From: Octopus vulgaris
Lineage: Eukaryota
Assembly: GCA_951406725.2 (NCBI GenBank)
Contig: OX597821.1
Coordinates: forward strand, 108,686,001-108,750,000
Direction of reading: 5' to 3'
Length of the DNA stretch: 64,000 nucleotides
Shown: in pieces, positions 13,991-27,769 of the stretch
Layout: each line of letters begins with the position of its first letter
How positions within the stretch are numbered: the stretch's first letter is position 1
Notes under the pieces: model-generated
Seen by the model: the letters and a program-made list of their open reading frames with translations, nothing else
What the model was told of the DNA's origin: nothing
Database searches by the model: none
Translations under genes and position numbers: made by a program

Positions 13991-14181
13991 TATGTGTGTA
14001 TATATGTGTGATTGCGTGTGTGTTTATGGAAAGAGAACGAGAGAGAGAGAGAGAGGGGAGGAGAAAGTGATATATACACGTATAGTGTTTCTTAATTAAA
14101 AATACCATATATTCTAAAAGACAGATTGTTTCAAATCTGATGGAAAGAAGATTTGAAACATACTTATTGTAATTTATTTTG

Positions 14182-14344
14182 CGTGGCTGTGTGGTAAGTA
14201 GCTTGCTTACCAACCACATGGTTCCGGGTTCAGTCCCACTGCGTGGCATCTTGGGCAAGTGTCTTCTGCTATAGCCCCGGGCCGACCAATGCCTTGTGAG
14301 TGGATTTGGTAGACAGAAACTGAAAGAAGCCTGTTGTATATATG

Positions 14345-14375
<31 letters not shown>

Positions 14376-14578
14376 TTGTGTGTCAGTGTTTGTCCCCCTA
14401 GCATTGCTTGACAACCAATGCTGGTGTGTTTACGTCCCCGTCACTTAGCGGTTCGGCAAAAGAGACCGATAGAATAAGTCCTGGGCTTACAAAGAATAAG
14501 TCCCGGGGTCGGTTTGCTCGACTAAAGGTGGTGCTCCAGCATGGCCGCAGTCAAATGACTGAAACAAGTAAAAGAGTT
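14182..14578 (+). mobile_element. SINE family B, slightly 5'-truncated
   Basis: gtggctgtgtggtaagtagc...gaaacaagtaaaagag; the empty site is visible in the paralogous segment near 12720. Confidence 0.9.
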
Positions 14579-15135
14579 TAACGTCTGTTTTGAACATCGA
14601 TGGCAGCACAAAGACAGCGTCGAAATGTTTTCTCCCATATGGTCAGATTAGACATGCCTTTATTTATATATTATTTAAATTACGACTTTTTTTAAATTAT
14701 GGAAGTTTTCGAGTGCCATTGTAAAAACTTCATGCATTATTGTATGTAATAAACTGTCTTGGCACCAATCTTGAGAAATTAGGATTAACAAAACAAGAAA
14801 GATTACAGATTAAAGCCATCAATGGAACTCTGAAAATCTTTCCAGAAGTTTAGCATTTAAGCATATATACGCATGCATAGACATGCAACTATATGCATGA
14901 AAATAGAGACATGCAAAAATAATTACAAATCTGCACGTGCACTCAATCCAAATATTGCACATATATAAACAAACATGCACAAATACCTTGTTGATGTTTT
15001 TTTTTAATTCCAATGAATGATCCTTGGATCTACGTTGGAGAGCGACTCTTCTTCCATTGGAAACAAATCTGGAAATAAAATTGAATAACAAACATACATG
15101 CATACATGTGAGTACATACATATACACATACATGC

Positions 15136-15179
<44 letters not shown>

Positions 15180-15199
15180 GCATACATAAATGTACGCAC

Positions 15200-15272
<73 letters not shown>

Positions 15273-15372
15273 GGAGTAAACACATAAATGTGAAACAAGG
15301 TGGAAAAAAGAGTACTCAAATACCAGAGGTAGAGTAACAGCTTTTGTTAAATTTCTGCTGTTTTTAAATAAA

Positions 15373-15413
<41 letters not shown>

Positions 15414-15424
15414 ACAGCTATAGT

Positions 15425-15475
<51 letters not shown>

Positions 15476-15710
15476 CATATATATACGCACACACGTATAT
15501 GAGGGATACCAGGCCGAGAATTCGAAGTCCCAATCATCATTCATCTTAAAAATTACAATAAATACACACTCTGCAAATGATATTGAATAATCCATCAGTG
15601 TGATGTAAAATAGATAGATTGGATTGGATATATGTCGTGTTAGAATAAAAACTATCTATATATACTTATATATATACATACATATATATATATGTATATA
15701 TATATATATG

Positions 15711-15800
<90 letters not shown>

Positions 15801-16100
15801 TGTATGTATGTATTGTGTTGATGTATGTTGCAAGAAACCATTAAGGCAAAATGTTTTTCGGAACATTATTTAATTATTTATGCTGTTTTCTTTCTTTCTT
15901 TTTTTTTTTTTCAATTATTCATTTTCTGATTAATTTTTTTCTCTCATAATCTTGGACCGAAAATGTTTACCCACTAAAATTTATTTATCTTTTTTACACC
16001 ACCCACTCTAATTATTTTCTAGCACTGGCAAGAAAACTCGATTAAGAAAAATAGAAGACGCTAGTAACAGGATGACGACAATAATAATAATAATAATGAC

Positions 16101-16146
<46 letters not shown>

Positions 16147-16476
16147 CGGTGGCTAATAATGATGTTGAAAATGAAGGGAGAAAGAGAGAGAGAATAAGAT
16201 GACTTATATAAAGACAACAAATAAACAAAATTATATCTATCGTTCGTTGTTACCATTTTTTTTTTGCTTTGTTTCCTTTGGACCTGAATTGTCTTATCTT
16301 GCCAAACCATGATATAGTTTTCAAAAATCTACCCATTAATATTTTAATGACAGTTCGAGGCATAAATGCATGTGTGTTTGTGTGTGTGTGTGAGTGTGTA
16401 CATAATTTTTTTCAATTTTTCCTACTTTTTTTATGATTCCCTCTCACACCCTAAGCTTAATTTATTTCTTTTAGTC

Positions 16477-16566
<90 letters not shown>

Positions 16567-17265
16567 CATTATTATTATTATTGTTGTTGTTGTTGTTATT
16601 ATTATTATTAGTTCCGAAAACCAAATTTCTGTTCACATCCAGTGTTTCTTAGATAATTTCTTTTTGCAATTGTCTTATATTTGGCGATTTCACTGTAGCT
16701 CCTTCTTCTTCTACTTCTTCTGTCACATCTCGCCAGGTATATCTGGCATTATGCCACAATTATCAGGATATATCCTCCTCCGAATCCTTATCGTCCTCTT
16801 CATCATCATTATCACCATCATCATCGTCGTCGCCGTCATCGTCGATGTTATCTTCATCATCTTCATCATCAACATCGTCGTCGTCTTCATCCTCGACGAC
16901 GTTTTCGTCATCATCATGATTATCATGATCATCATTACCGTCATCATCATCATCATCATCATATGTATCACCCATTGATACCAGGTTTTGAATTGGGAAT
17001 TACTCTTATAAAAAAAATACAATTAATCAGGGACACGCAACAGAGTATGCGGCAGTATTTCAAATCATTACGAAAGGAATTTCGAACGAAGATTAATACA
17101 CAGTGGAGGAATAAATACCGCAAGTGAAATTGGTCTTGCACGATTCTTTGCAGCTGTCACCAAGAGTCGCACCATTCTTAAGATATTGTTCCAGAATCAA
17201 CGGAATTCTCACAAAAAGTACTCGCCCCTCATAAACATTTCTGCAAAAAACTGCAAAACACACAG

Positions 17266-17671
17266 ACAAGGTCTGATCAATGAGTATCCAGACAGTTGCT
17301 ATAGTAACGAAGCTAAACTACGCAGAATGAAGTTCCTTGGCACAAACTGAGCTTCAATTATACTGTGCATGCGCCCCAAGACTTAACGTTCCAGCTCACT
17401 TCTGCTGTTTACAGCAACGCTTGGAAGGAACGTGTGTAGCGTGTGATCGTCGCATTAACCATGATAGAGAAAATTGTCATGGCGATACCTTCTTAGAAGC
17501 CTACACAAAGTCGCAGAAAGTGTATGGAGAGGAGTGTATTAGCCGCACAAGAGTGTACGAGTGGTTCAGACGTTTCCAAGTTGGCCGAAATATGTAGATG
17601 TTGACGAAAGTTCCGGAAGATCAGCAACCAGCAGAACTGTGAAAAATATCGTAGATGTGCGTGCAGCTGTG
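17266..17671 (+). mobile_element. Mariner transposon 5' fragment
   Basis: TIR-like caaggtctgatcaatgagtatcc; HTH HGDTFLEAYTKSQKVYGEECISRTRVYEWFRRFQVGR, then ESSGRSATSRT in a shifted frame. Confidence 0.8.
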
Positions 17672-18426
17672 GATGACTAAAAGTGATTTAAAATCGGAAA
17701 CGGAGGCTCTAATCTGTGCTGCCCAAGTTCAAGCGCGAAGAACAAACTACATAAAATACAGAATAGACAACACAGCAGAAAATGATAAGTGCAGATTCTG
17801 AGGACAAAACGGTGAAACCGTATGGCATATTACTAGCCAATGCACACTACTAGCTCAGAAGAGACGCCACGACAATATAGCCAGGCTTGTCATTTGGACA
17901 CTTTGCAACAAGTATAGACTTGACAGAGCAAAAAATAGGTACGAGCATAAACATGAAGGCACCATCGAAAATAGAAATGCAAAGATCTTATGGGATTTCA
18001 GTGCGACCAAGAGATAGAGAATAGGAAGCCAGACATAGTCTTAATTTAGAAAGAAAACGAACTATGCTGGATCATAGGTATAGCGTGCCCAGCTGACAAA
18101 GTATGCAACAAGAAAGAAAGAAAAGTCAAGAGATATGACAGGTTAGCTTGGGAGGTAAATCAGTTGTGGTCGATGAAAAAGATGGTAGTAGTAACAATAA
18201 TTGTCGGAGCCCTGGGAACAGTGAGCAAAAATTTCGAGAAGTATGTGGAACAAATAGGGGCTGCAATAAGAATGGGGCACTTGCAGAAAACAGCACTGCT
18301 TGGAACCGCTTCAATGCTCCGGATGGTGCTCAAAAAATAAGAAGTGTTACCTTAGTTCACCTTAGCTGATGCTGTAATACATCTCCAGCGTTTGAAACTG
18401 TGCAAAGGCAATAATAATAATAATAA
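17672..18426 (+). mobile_element. R4/Dong-type non-LTR retrotransposon 3' end (CCHC knuckle plus PD-D RLE), pseudogene
   Basis: LKSETEALICAAQ..KCRF*GQNGETVWHITSQC..RRHDNIA..ILWDF..RKPDIVLI..IACPAD..VGALGTV..LQKTALLGTA; ends in a (TAA)n tail. Confidence 0.88.
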
Positions 18427-18437
18427 ACGAAAACAAT

Positions 18438-18650
18438 CTTTTCTACTCTAGGCACAAGGCCCGAAATTTGGTGGGAGGGACTAGTCAATTAGATCGAACC
18501 CTGTACGGAACTGGTACTTAATTTATCAATCGCGAAAGAATGAAAAGTAAGGTCAACCTCAATGGAATTTGACCTCAGAATGTAAAGACTGAAGAAATAC
18601 CGCGAAGTATTTCGTCCACCATGCTAACGATTCTGCCATCGCTCGACGTC
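18438..18650 (-). mobile_element. SINE family A (older 3' tail type)
   Basis: ttctactctaggcacaaggcccgaaatttg...gctaacgattctgcca. Confidence 0.8.
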
Positions 18651-18651
<1 letters not shown>

Positions 18652-18712
<61 letters not shown>

Positions 18713-18742
18713 AAGAAGAAGAAGAAGAAGAAGAAGAAGAAG

Positions 18743-18774
<32 letters not shown>

Positions 18775-18778
18775 AAAC

Positions 18779-18844
<66 letters not shown>

Positions 18845-18854
18845 AATAATAATT
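18652..18854. repeat. Compound (TAA)(GAA)(CAA)(TAA) microsatellite
   Basis: Consecutive pure triplet blocks. Confidence 0.95.
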
Positions 18855-19375
18855 TCCTGGAAAGTTATATCACACAGCAGCAAGAAACCAAAATCAATAA
18901 GACAAAAAACATTTTTGCTACCAAGACATTGTGCAGTCTTAAAAAGTTTGTGTGATTTTCTTTGTTTACTTGTTCATTTATAATTTATTTAGTTTCTTTT
19001 GCTAAGGTTTTTTTTGTGATAGGATCGGGGATAGGGATTTGCAAACGTAAACTTTATATCTGTCATAGATCGTGCGCCTAAATGTGTGTGTTTGTGTGTG
19101 TGTGTGTATATGTGTATATCTGTATATGTATACATGTGCATATGTATATATATGGGTGTATATGTATATATATATATGCATGTATGTATGTATGTATGTA
19201 TGTATGTATGTATGTATGTATACATATGCATATACACATATATACCTATACATACAGACATACACACACATCTATATATATATACATATACATAGATGCA
19301 TATATGTGTATATATGTGTGTGTGTAAGTGTGAGTATACATATGTTTATATATTATAAATATATATATGTATATA

Positions 19376-19457
<82 letters not shown>

Positions 19458-19993
19458 TAAATATATATATAAATATATATATATATATGCATGTATGTAT
19501 ATAAGTATATATTTGTGTTGTGTACACGTATATAAACATACATTGGTTTGCATAGATATATTATATACATGCACGCACTTGCACGCTCGCATATGAAGAT
19601 ATTCAATTCTGAAAGCCACGTTCTCGTAGCATTTTTTTTCTATTCTTTGCAAGTGTTTTTTTTTTTATCTCCGATATAAGACACATCCGTCTTGACAATA
19701 GCAAAATGATTAATGATCGTAACCAGCGTATTATTATAGATGCTGTTAGTTTTTGCAGTTCTTACAGTGCATTGTTGTTGCTGTTGTTGCTATTGTTGTG
19801 AAGGCTGTTGTTCATATTACGCGTTCCTTCATATTTTTTGACAGACCATAGAAGAAAAAAAAAACATCCGCAAAAAACAAAACAAGTTGAACGTCAGCTG
19901 AAATGCTATCATACTAAAACTTTCAAAGGCACATACATGCGTAGATAATAAATATATTTATGTATCAAATACATGCATATAATGAACATAACA

Positions 19994-20088
<95 letters not shown>

Positions 20089-20396
20089 CAGTACGCGTAT
20101 GTGCGCCTTTTATAAGGATATATGCTTTCCAAAAAGCTGCAAAAAAGTACTATAGGTAAATAGATAGCTAACTTTAGAAACAGACCAATACATTTCTGGA
20201 TAAAAAGAATATAATAGTTGTTTTTTGTTTTATTTATTTTATTAAATTTTATTTATCTATTTGTTTATTTTTTCATGGTTAAGTTATAAAGATTATCCAG
20301 TGCCAATCAGAAATGACAGTTCGACTGTTCAGATAGAAACCATTCTAAAACATAAACAATTTTAACCAGCGAAATCTTTTACTACGTGTGTGTGTG

Positions 20397-20457
<61 letters not shown>

Positions 20458-20884
20458 ATATATATATGTGTGTATATATATATATGTGTGTGTGTGTGTA
20501 TAACAACAGAAAACATAATGTGTTTGCTTATAGATATATCAATATTTATGTAAATGTGTTTGTATATATTTATATATATCTATCTATAAATTTAACCATC
20601 TATCTGTTTATCTATCTACACACACACACACGCGCACATATATATATACGAGCGCACACACACACACACGAACAAGTATGCGAGAAAGAGCAAAAGGTAT
20701 GGATGATGATGGTGATGATGATGATGAAGATGATGATGATGGTGATAATAATAATAATAATAATAATAATGATAATAATAATAATAATAATAATATAGGA
20801 ATATTTATTATTTACTCTATATTAATCTGTACTGCATCAAATTGAGAGAAAAGTGTACGCGCACTCACGTACATATTTATTCAT

Positions 20885-20926
<42 letters not shown>

Positions 20927-21147
20927 GCACGCACAGATAGACACTAAAAAAGTGGTTTTCAATATATTGCAGGCAAAAGTCAATAGTGGAAAATTTCTTC
21001 ATAAAAAATGTAGGAGAGTGCCCAGGAACTGTCAGATGTAACTAAATATAGGTAAAACTATACTTACGTATATAAAGTCATGTATATGCAAACATACACA
21101 AACACGCACAAATACACACACCAACACATATGTGTATGTGTATATAC

Positions 21148-21199
<52 letters not shown>

Positions 21200-21273
21200 A
21201 TATATATATACATGTAAGTGTATACGTATATATATATACATACATTTATATATATACATATATGTCTATATAT

Positions 21274-21393
<120 letters not shown>

Positions 21394-21642
21394 CGCACAC
21401 GCACATACAAACGTGCAAACACGCACACAGATGCACATCCCTCCGTATTGAGGAAATTTCCTCGAAGCCCGTCCGTCGTATAATTGCCTACCTACCTACC
21501 TACCGACCGACCTACCAACCTACCTACTTATCTACCTACCTACCTATATACATGCATACATACATACATACATACATACATACATACATACATACATACA
21601 TACATACATACATACATACATACATACACACATACATACATG

Positions 21643-21930
21643 CAGTAATCCCTCGCCATATCGCGGTTCATTATCACACTCTCAGTAAAGCGTGGATTTG
21701 TCTGGCTAATATATGTAAATTTATATCACGGACTCCTCAGTATATCGCGGCTTTCTGCGTCCGATAGGTTTTTAGATTTTTTTAGATTTTAATTATTTCT
21801 GTGATAAAATAAGCATTTTCACGCCTAAAAATTAGTAAATTAATAAATAAAAATACAGTGCAGTATTAAAAGAATATACGTAGTGTACCTTAGATGAATA
21901 AACAAAAAATCGCACATACTGTTTGGGAAA
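21643..21930. mobile_element. Tigger/pogo-like non-autonomous DNA element end
   Basis: cagtaatccctcgccatatcgcggttca terminus; internal sequence is the reverse complement of about 56600-56785. Confidence 0.7.
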
Positions 21931-22039
21931 CGAAACTCGGGAGGCGAGTGTGTGGTATTCTTTTGCATTTATAATAAAATCAATATATACAAATCATTTT
22001 AAAAATAATGAACAAATAGAGAGTACAGTATTGTTCCTA

Positions 22040-23750
22040 CAAAATGAGATATCAACACCTCAAAAGACAAAGCCAAACAAAATTGAGAGAGATGCAAAAC
22101 AACTGGTGGCAACAAAAACCGTTGAACTCCAAGGGTGTGCTGACGCCCGTGATTTCAGACGCTTCTACGCAGGAACGAAGGAACTTTTTGGGCCTGTGAG
22201 ATCATCAACATGGTCTCCTCGATTGGTAGACTCCAACACCATCCTGACTGAAAGGAGCACATATCGAGTCTTCTTAACCAAGACTCCAAAGCGGTAGAAG
22301 ACTTCTCGAAGAACGTAACCATGCACCCATCTCGATACTGGATGAACATGCCACCATCCTATGAAGAGTACCAGATTTCCCTCACCCACATGAAGCAACA
22401 GAAGCCTCCTGGCCCAGACAACATCCCAATGGAACTTCTAAAACATGGTGGACTACTATTAAACACCAGTTTGCTCACATTCCTTGTCCGAATGTAGAAG
22501 GAACGTCATGTTCCCAAAGGCTCTAAACATACTATTATCCTCAAGATCTTTCTAAAAAGGAGATAGAAAATTTGTGGGAACAATCGTGGCATCTCACTGC
22601 TCTCCACTGCAGGGAAAATCTTTGCAAGGCTCCTTTTATATCGTCTTCAAGTCATCGAGGAGGAAGTCCTACCCGAATCATAATGAGGATTTTGAACATC
22701 CAGGGTACAACTGACATTCTCTTTTGCTCGAGAAATAAAATAAAAAGTACAAAACAGCAAAAACCTCTCTATTTTGTTTTGTACGACCTCGAAAAGGCTT
22801 CTGATACCGTCCCAAGGCCTGCAGTGAGGAAGGTTCTCTGACGTTCCGGCTGCCCCGATCGGTTCATTTCCTTAGTACAAGGATTACAAGAGAGTATGAC
22901 TGGAACCATCTTACATCAAGACTAATTGTCTGAATACTCCCCCATCACTGGAGGATTAAAACAAGGATGCGTTTAGGCCCCGACGCTCTTCTCCCTGTAC
23001 CTTGCAGCAATGTTTCCTGAATTGCCTTCGGACAATTCAGGAGTCAACGTTAGGTACCGATATGATGGCGGAGGATGTTTGAACCCTGCCAGATAGAAGT
23101 CACGAAGACTGAGCAGAAAGCAAAACATCACTGAACTTCAGTATTCTGATGACAACGCAGCGCTCTGCCACTCCAGTGAAAAACTTCAACAATCGATGAA
23201 TAACTTCACCAATGCTTACACTCAGTTTGGCTTAGAAGTCAACATCAAGAAGACAAAAACCCTGGCACAACCCGCTCAAAGTCAGGAAAATCCAGCCCTA
23301 AAAATTACCATCTCAGAGATGCCAGTGGAGAAAGTCGACCACTATTCATACTTAGGAAGTTTTTTCTTTCAGCTAAGGTCACATCATAAAAGGACGTGGA
23401 GAACCGATTAAGAGTGGCTCACGCCGCGTTTGGTGGACTTGCGAAAAGAGACTTTAAGGACAAAGATATGAACCACTAAACAAATTTGTGTGTCTACCAA
23501 GCAGTTGTCATCTCCACTCTCCTCTACGATTGTGAAACCTGGACTCTTTACCAAAGTGACGTCAAAAAACTAGTGCGAAAAACGGAAGCTCCGCTCTATT
23601 ATGAATATCAAATGGAATGACTATGTGGCCGATGTCTCCATTTTGGAGAGAATGAAAAGCAGCAGCAACGAAGCCACCATCCTGAAGCAACGTCTGAGAG
23701 GGGCGGGCCACATAGCAAGAATGAAAGAGACCAGGCCGCCTCGTCAAATA
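22040..23750 (+). mobile_element. RTE-clade LINE reverse transcriptase pseudogene
   Basis: KPPGPDNIPMELLKHGG, CGNNRGISLLSTAGKIFARLL, DLEKASDTVPR, GLKQGCV*APTLFSLY, LQYSDD, FGLEVNIKKTK, YSYLGS, LLYDCETWTL, AGHIARM; many stops and frameshifts. Confidence 0.9.
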
Positions 23751-23805
23751 GGAAAGGAAGACGGAAGGGAAAAATCGCCAACGATTCACATGTGGTTACA
23801 TTTTG

Positions 23806-23874
<69 letters not shown>

Positions 23875-23986
23875 CATACACATATACGTGCATACATATA
23901 CATATATACATATACATACACGCACACACACACAAACAAACGCACACACACATACATATATGTATATATGGTGGGGGTGTTTATAT

Positions 23987-24058
23987 ACTTAATGTTGAAC
24001 GAATAAGAAAGATTTGTTGCTTATTCACCTGATGATCGCGTTGACGTGAAACGTGAGT
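23987..24058 (+). ncRNA. Candidate type III hammerhead ribozyme, family H3 copy 1
   Basis: acttaatGTT ..gaataag[loop]cttattc.. CTGATGA tc gcg-ttga-cgt GAAAC gtgagt; stem III actt(a)atgt pairs with acgtgagt. Confidence 0.5.
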
Positions 24059-24479
24059 CCAGCTACAAACACTCAGCTTCAGTCTCACTAAAATAAACTA
24101 TGTACATACACATACATACACACACGCACGTATAACCGTGTGTATGTAGATTCATGTGGGTGTGCCCGTGTGTGTGATAGGGAGAGAGAGAGTTTGAATA
24201 CGAGTCATTATTCCTTCCGTTTCCTTGACAGTGAGAAGAGATGGACAGAGAGAGGTCTGTTAGTACATCTTCAATGAACAGGCGGGCAACAGATTATAAA
24301 AATTAATTAGACTAAGATAGTGATATAAATAATATATTTTAGATTTAAGAAGTTACTGTTATCTATGTATCCATGTTTCTCTCCAACCGGATTCAACAAG
24401 CATCGAAGAATACTAACAATTATTCGTATATACATACATACCATACATACAGACATTCATACATATATATATATATATG

Positions 24480-24537
<58 letters not shown>

Positions 24538-24538
<1 letters not shown>

Positions 24539-25099
24539 GCGAGAATGAAGCAACAAGAATGGATAGGTTTTTAGTACAATCGTTTCATACAAGGACAGGT
24601 TTTATTAAAAGTTGCAAAAATTACAGCATATAAACGTGTCCCGTACTCATCAGCTAAAATACAGGTGAGTTCTCTAGACATCCTAGTGGTTGAGGCTATA
24701 CTCATGAAGTAATGTAGATAATTAAGTAACATAAACAGATTTCAAAAGTTCATTAAAGTTCTTTAAAGATGATGTACAGTCTTATCACAGAATTTTAAAA
24801 AAGTCTTAATAGCATCACAGAGAAGGTGACCTAATCCATAGTGCACATATGAATTTCCAGAGATATGATGAGGGATTACATACTCACAGAAGACAAATTT
24901 ATCCATTGTTAATTACAACGAGGTGGGTTTCAATTCCTGCTTATTAGCATTACAGAGAGGGTGAATTAATCCTTTGTATAGATGCACAATTTCCAATGGT
25001 GTAGGTGTAAATTTCCAAGGAATTTCATATTCACAGGCGATAAATTTATCAATGGTTGAACACAATGAGGTAGGTATCAATTCTTGCTATATGATTAGG

Positions 25100-25104
<5 letters not shown>
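24538..25104 (-). mobile_element. About 570-bp non-coding HHR cassette between two (TA)n tracts (putative PLE-derived element)
   Basis: Bounded by (TA)n at both ends; HHR near its 3' end; no recognisable ORF. Confidence 0.6.
24569..24659 (-). ncRNA. Type I hammerhead ribozyme with extended stem II, family H4
   Basis: Minus strand: uuuuag CUGAUGA guacgggaca...uguccuuguau GAAAC gauu GUA cuaaaa; 6-bp stem I and intact core. Confidence 0.8.
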
Positions 25105-25149
<45 letters not shown>

Positions 25150-25193
25150 ATGTATATATATATATATATATACATATGTAATATGTATATATG

Positions 25194-25237
<44 letters not shown>

Positions 25238-25238
25238 C

Positions 25239-25304
<66 letters not shown>

Positions 25305-25519
25305 ATATATATATATATGTATGCATGTATATATATATATATGGGTGTGTGTGTGTGTGTGTGTATATAATTATAAGAGAAATAACTTCTATTAAGTAAT
25401 TCAATAGTGAGAGGCATCCACGCCATACAGAGAAATTTTAAATATACTATAATAAATATTATTCAAAAAATCACTAAATTAAATAGGCATATATATATAT
25501 ATATATATATATACATATT

Positions 25520-25868
25520 CTTTCTTGTTTTTCCGTTATTTGACTACGGCCATGCTAGAGCAGCACATTTAGTCGCACAAATCGACATCAGGATTTATCC
25601 TTAGTAAGCCTAGTACTTATTCAATCGCTCTCTTTTTGCCGAACTGCTAAGTTACGGGAACGTCAACACACCAGCATCGGTTGTCATAGACATACAAACA
25701 TACATATGACAGGCTTTTTTCAGTTTCCATCTAACAAAACCAGTCACAAAGCTTTGGTCGGCCCGAGGCTACTGTAGAAGACACTTGACCAAGGTGACAG
25801 CAGTGGGACTGAACCCGGAACCACATGGCTGGTAAGCAAGGTACTTACCATACAACCACTCCTGCGCT
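25520..25868 (-). mobile_element. SINE family B, degenerate
   Basis: tgactacggccatgctagagca...caaccactcctgcgc. Confidence 0.85.
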
Positions 25869-25987
25869 TAGCCAATCGTTTATATACGATTCAGCGTTAA
25901 AATGTGTCAGCACTGAAGATCGATGTATCATGAATGCGAGAATATTCCTTAATATAATGCAGAGTGGAATTATAATTTTTTTTTAAA

Positions 25988-26288
25988 ATGGTACTCCGTC
26001 AGTTGCGACGACGAGGGCTCCAGGTGATCCAATCAATGGAATAGCCTGCTCGTGAAATTAACGTGCAAGAGACTGAGTACTCCACAGACACGCGTGCTCG
26101 TAACGTACTTCTCAGGGAGATTCAGCGTGACACAGAATGTGACAAAGCTGGCCCCTTTGAATTACAGGTACTACTCATTTTTTTCTTGTTGGGTGGACTA
26201 GAGCAATGTGGAATAAAGCGTCTTTCTCAAAGACACAACGCGTCGCCGCGAATTGAACGCATGGCCTTACGAACGTAAGCCACGCGCT
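25988..26288 (-). mobile_element. SINE family C
   Basis: gacgacgagggctccag...ctcgtgaaattaacgtgcaag...gacacagaatgtgacaa...taagccacgcgc; homologous to 29985, 34680 and 55800. Confidence 0.85.
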
Positions 26289-26475
26289 CGAGGAAGAGAA
26301 AATAACAGCGATTGGTAGATTCACGTCCGAATCTGCCTGAATATATTACGTTAGCGCTTAGATTTTCTCTGATCTCCGTGCAGCTCGTGAATTGATATTT
26401 CTTCTGTAGATATCAACACGCATCAGCAAATAATATGCATGTTGCTATCGTGACATACACCGCTGCGGTAGCGTA

Positions 26476-26528
26476 GAATCAGTTGATGAGACTTACAATA
26501 AGGTCGAAACAACGTAATGTCTCGAAGT
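26476..26528 (+). ncRNA. Degenerate hammerhead ribozyme core
   Basis: TTGATGA gactt..aggtc GAAAC aacgtaat GTC; stems II and III pair, stem I is poor. Confidence 0.4.
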
Positions 26529-26630
26529 CACCTGAGAATTGCGTGTGCTACAAGCACACTTCGCCTACGAACAGGAGGTGCTCTCCTCTGGCGAAAAGCA
26601 GCAGAGATCAGATATTTAAGTTTGAATCAT

Positions 26631-26684
<54 letters not shown>

Positions 26685-26752
26685 CCGCACGCACGCACAC
26701 ACTCGCACACAAACACACACACATATTGGGGTGCAGTTTATATACGTACGTT

Positions 26753-26824
26753 ACTTAATGTCGGATGAATAAGAAAGGTTTGTTGCTTATTCACCTGATG
26801 ATCGCGCTTACTTGAAACGTGAGT
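26753..26824 (+). ncRNA. Candidate type III hammerhead ribozyme, family H3 copy 2
   Basis: acttaatGTC ggatgaataag[loop]cttattcac CTGATGA tcgcgcttactt GAAAC gtgagt; stem II decayed. Confidence 0.5.
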
Positions 26825-26843
26825 CCAGAGACAAACTTTTCAA

Positions 26844-26880
<37 letters not shown>

Positions 26881-26884
<4 letters not shown>

Positions 26885-27012
26885 TAATATTAATAGAATG
26901 AGATAAAAATCCAAGGCTGTGAAAGATTTATAACATTTATTAAGAGGTCTTTTCTTTATAAATGTTCTAAAATCTTTCACAGCCTTGGATCTTTATCTCA
27001 TTCTGTTAATTT
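26881..27012. repeat. Fold-back inverted repeat (about 52-bp arms) inside (TA)n
   Basis: agaatgagataaaaatccaaggctgtgaaagattt versus aaatctttcacagccttggatctttatctcattct. Confidence 0.9.
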
Positions 27013-27165
27013 ATATATATATATACGCATGGTCATATATGACCTATGTTGGACTCCTCATTCGCACAATCACCGAGCAAGGAGCTTAACTATAGTTTAT
27101 CCATAGCACTTACTCAGCATTACCTGATACCTTTGGGTGTTCTTGACACCTTTTATCTCTCATAA

Positions 27166-27313
<148 letters not shown>

Positions 27314-27384
27314 AAATAGACGTGTGTGTGTGTGACAGACACACAGAGAAATAGATATTACATAAATATTTGTTCAAATTACGG

Positions 27385-27575
27385 TACAAAGCCAGCAATT
27401 TCTCGGGAGGGGTTAAATCAAGGATATCGCCCCAGCCCAGTTCTTGATACTTATTTTATCGACCCCGTAAGAGGTGAAATGTAAAGTGAAACTCTGCGGA
27501 ATTCGAACTCAGAACATGAAGCTAGACGTACGTTTCTTCCCCGACGAGCGAAGAAACCTACCAACTCATCGCCTT
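27385..27575 (-). mobile_element. SINE family A, old degenerate copy
   Basis: tacttattttatcgacccc...gcggaattcgaactcagaac. Confidence 0.65.
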
Positions 27576-27711
27576 AGATATTGTTACATACATTTTCAGA
27601 CTTAGAAGTGTTTCCTCGTACAAACTTGCCTGTATTTATGTACATACAGAGTGTACATGCAAAAGCACTCGTTGAGTACGTATGTATTTTAACATGGATA
27701 CGTGTATGCCT

Positions 27712-27769
<58 letters not shown>

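Noticed and set aside
17030-17250. Possible host exon (minus-strand tttgcag followed by an open frame)
   Set aside because: No recognisable protein similarity or convincing donor site; could equally be a decayed transposon end.
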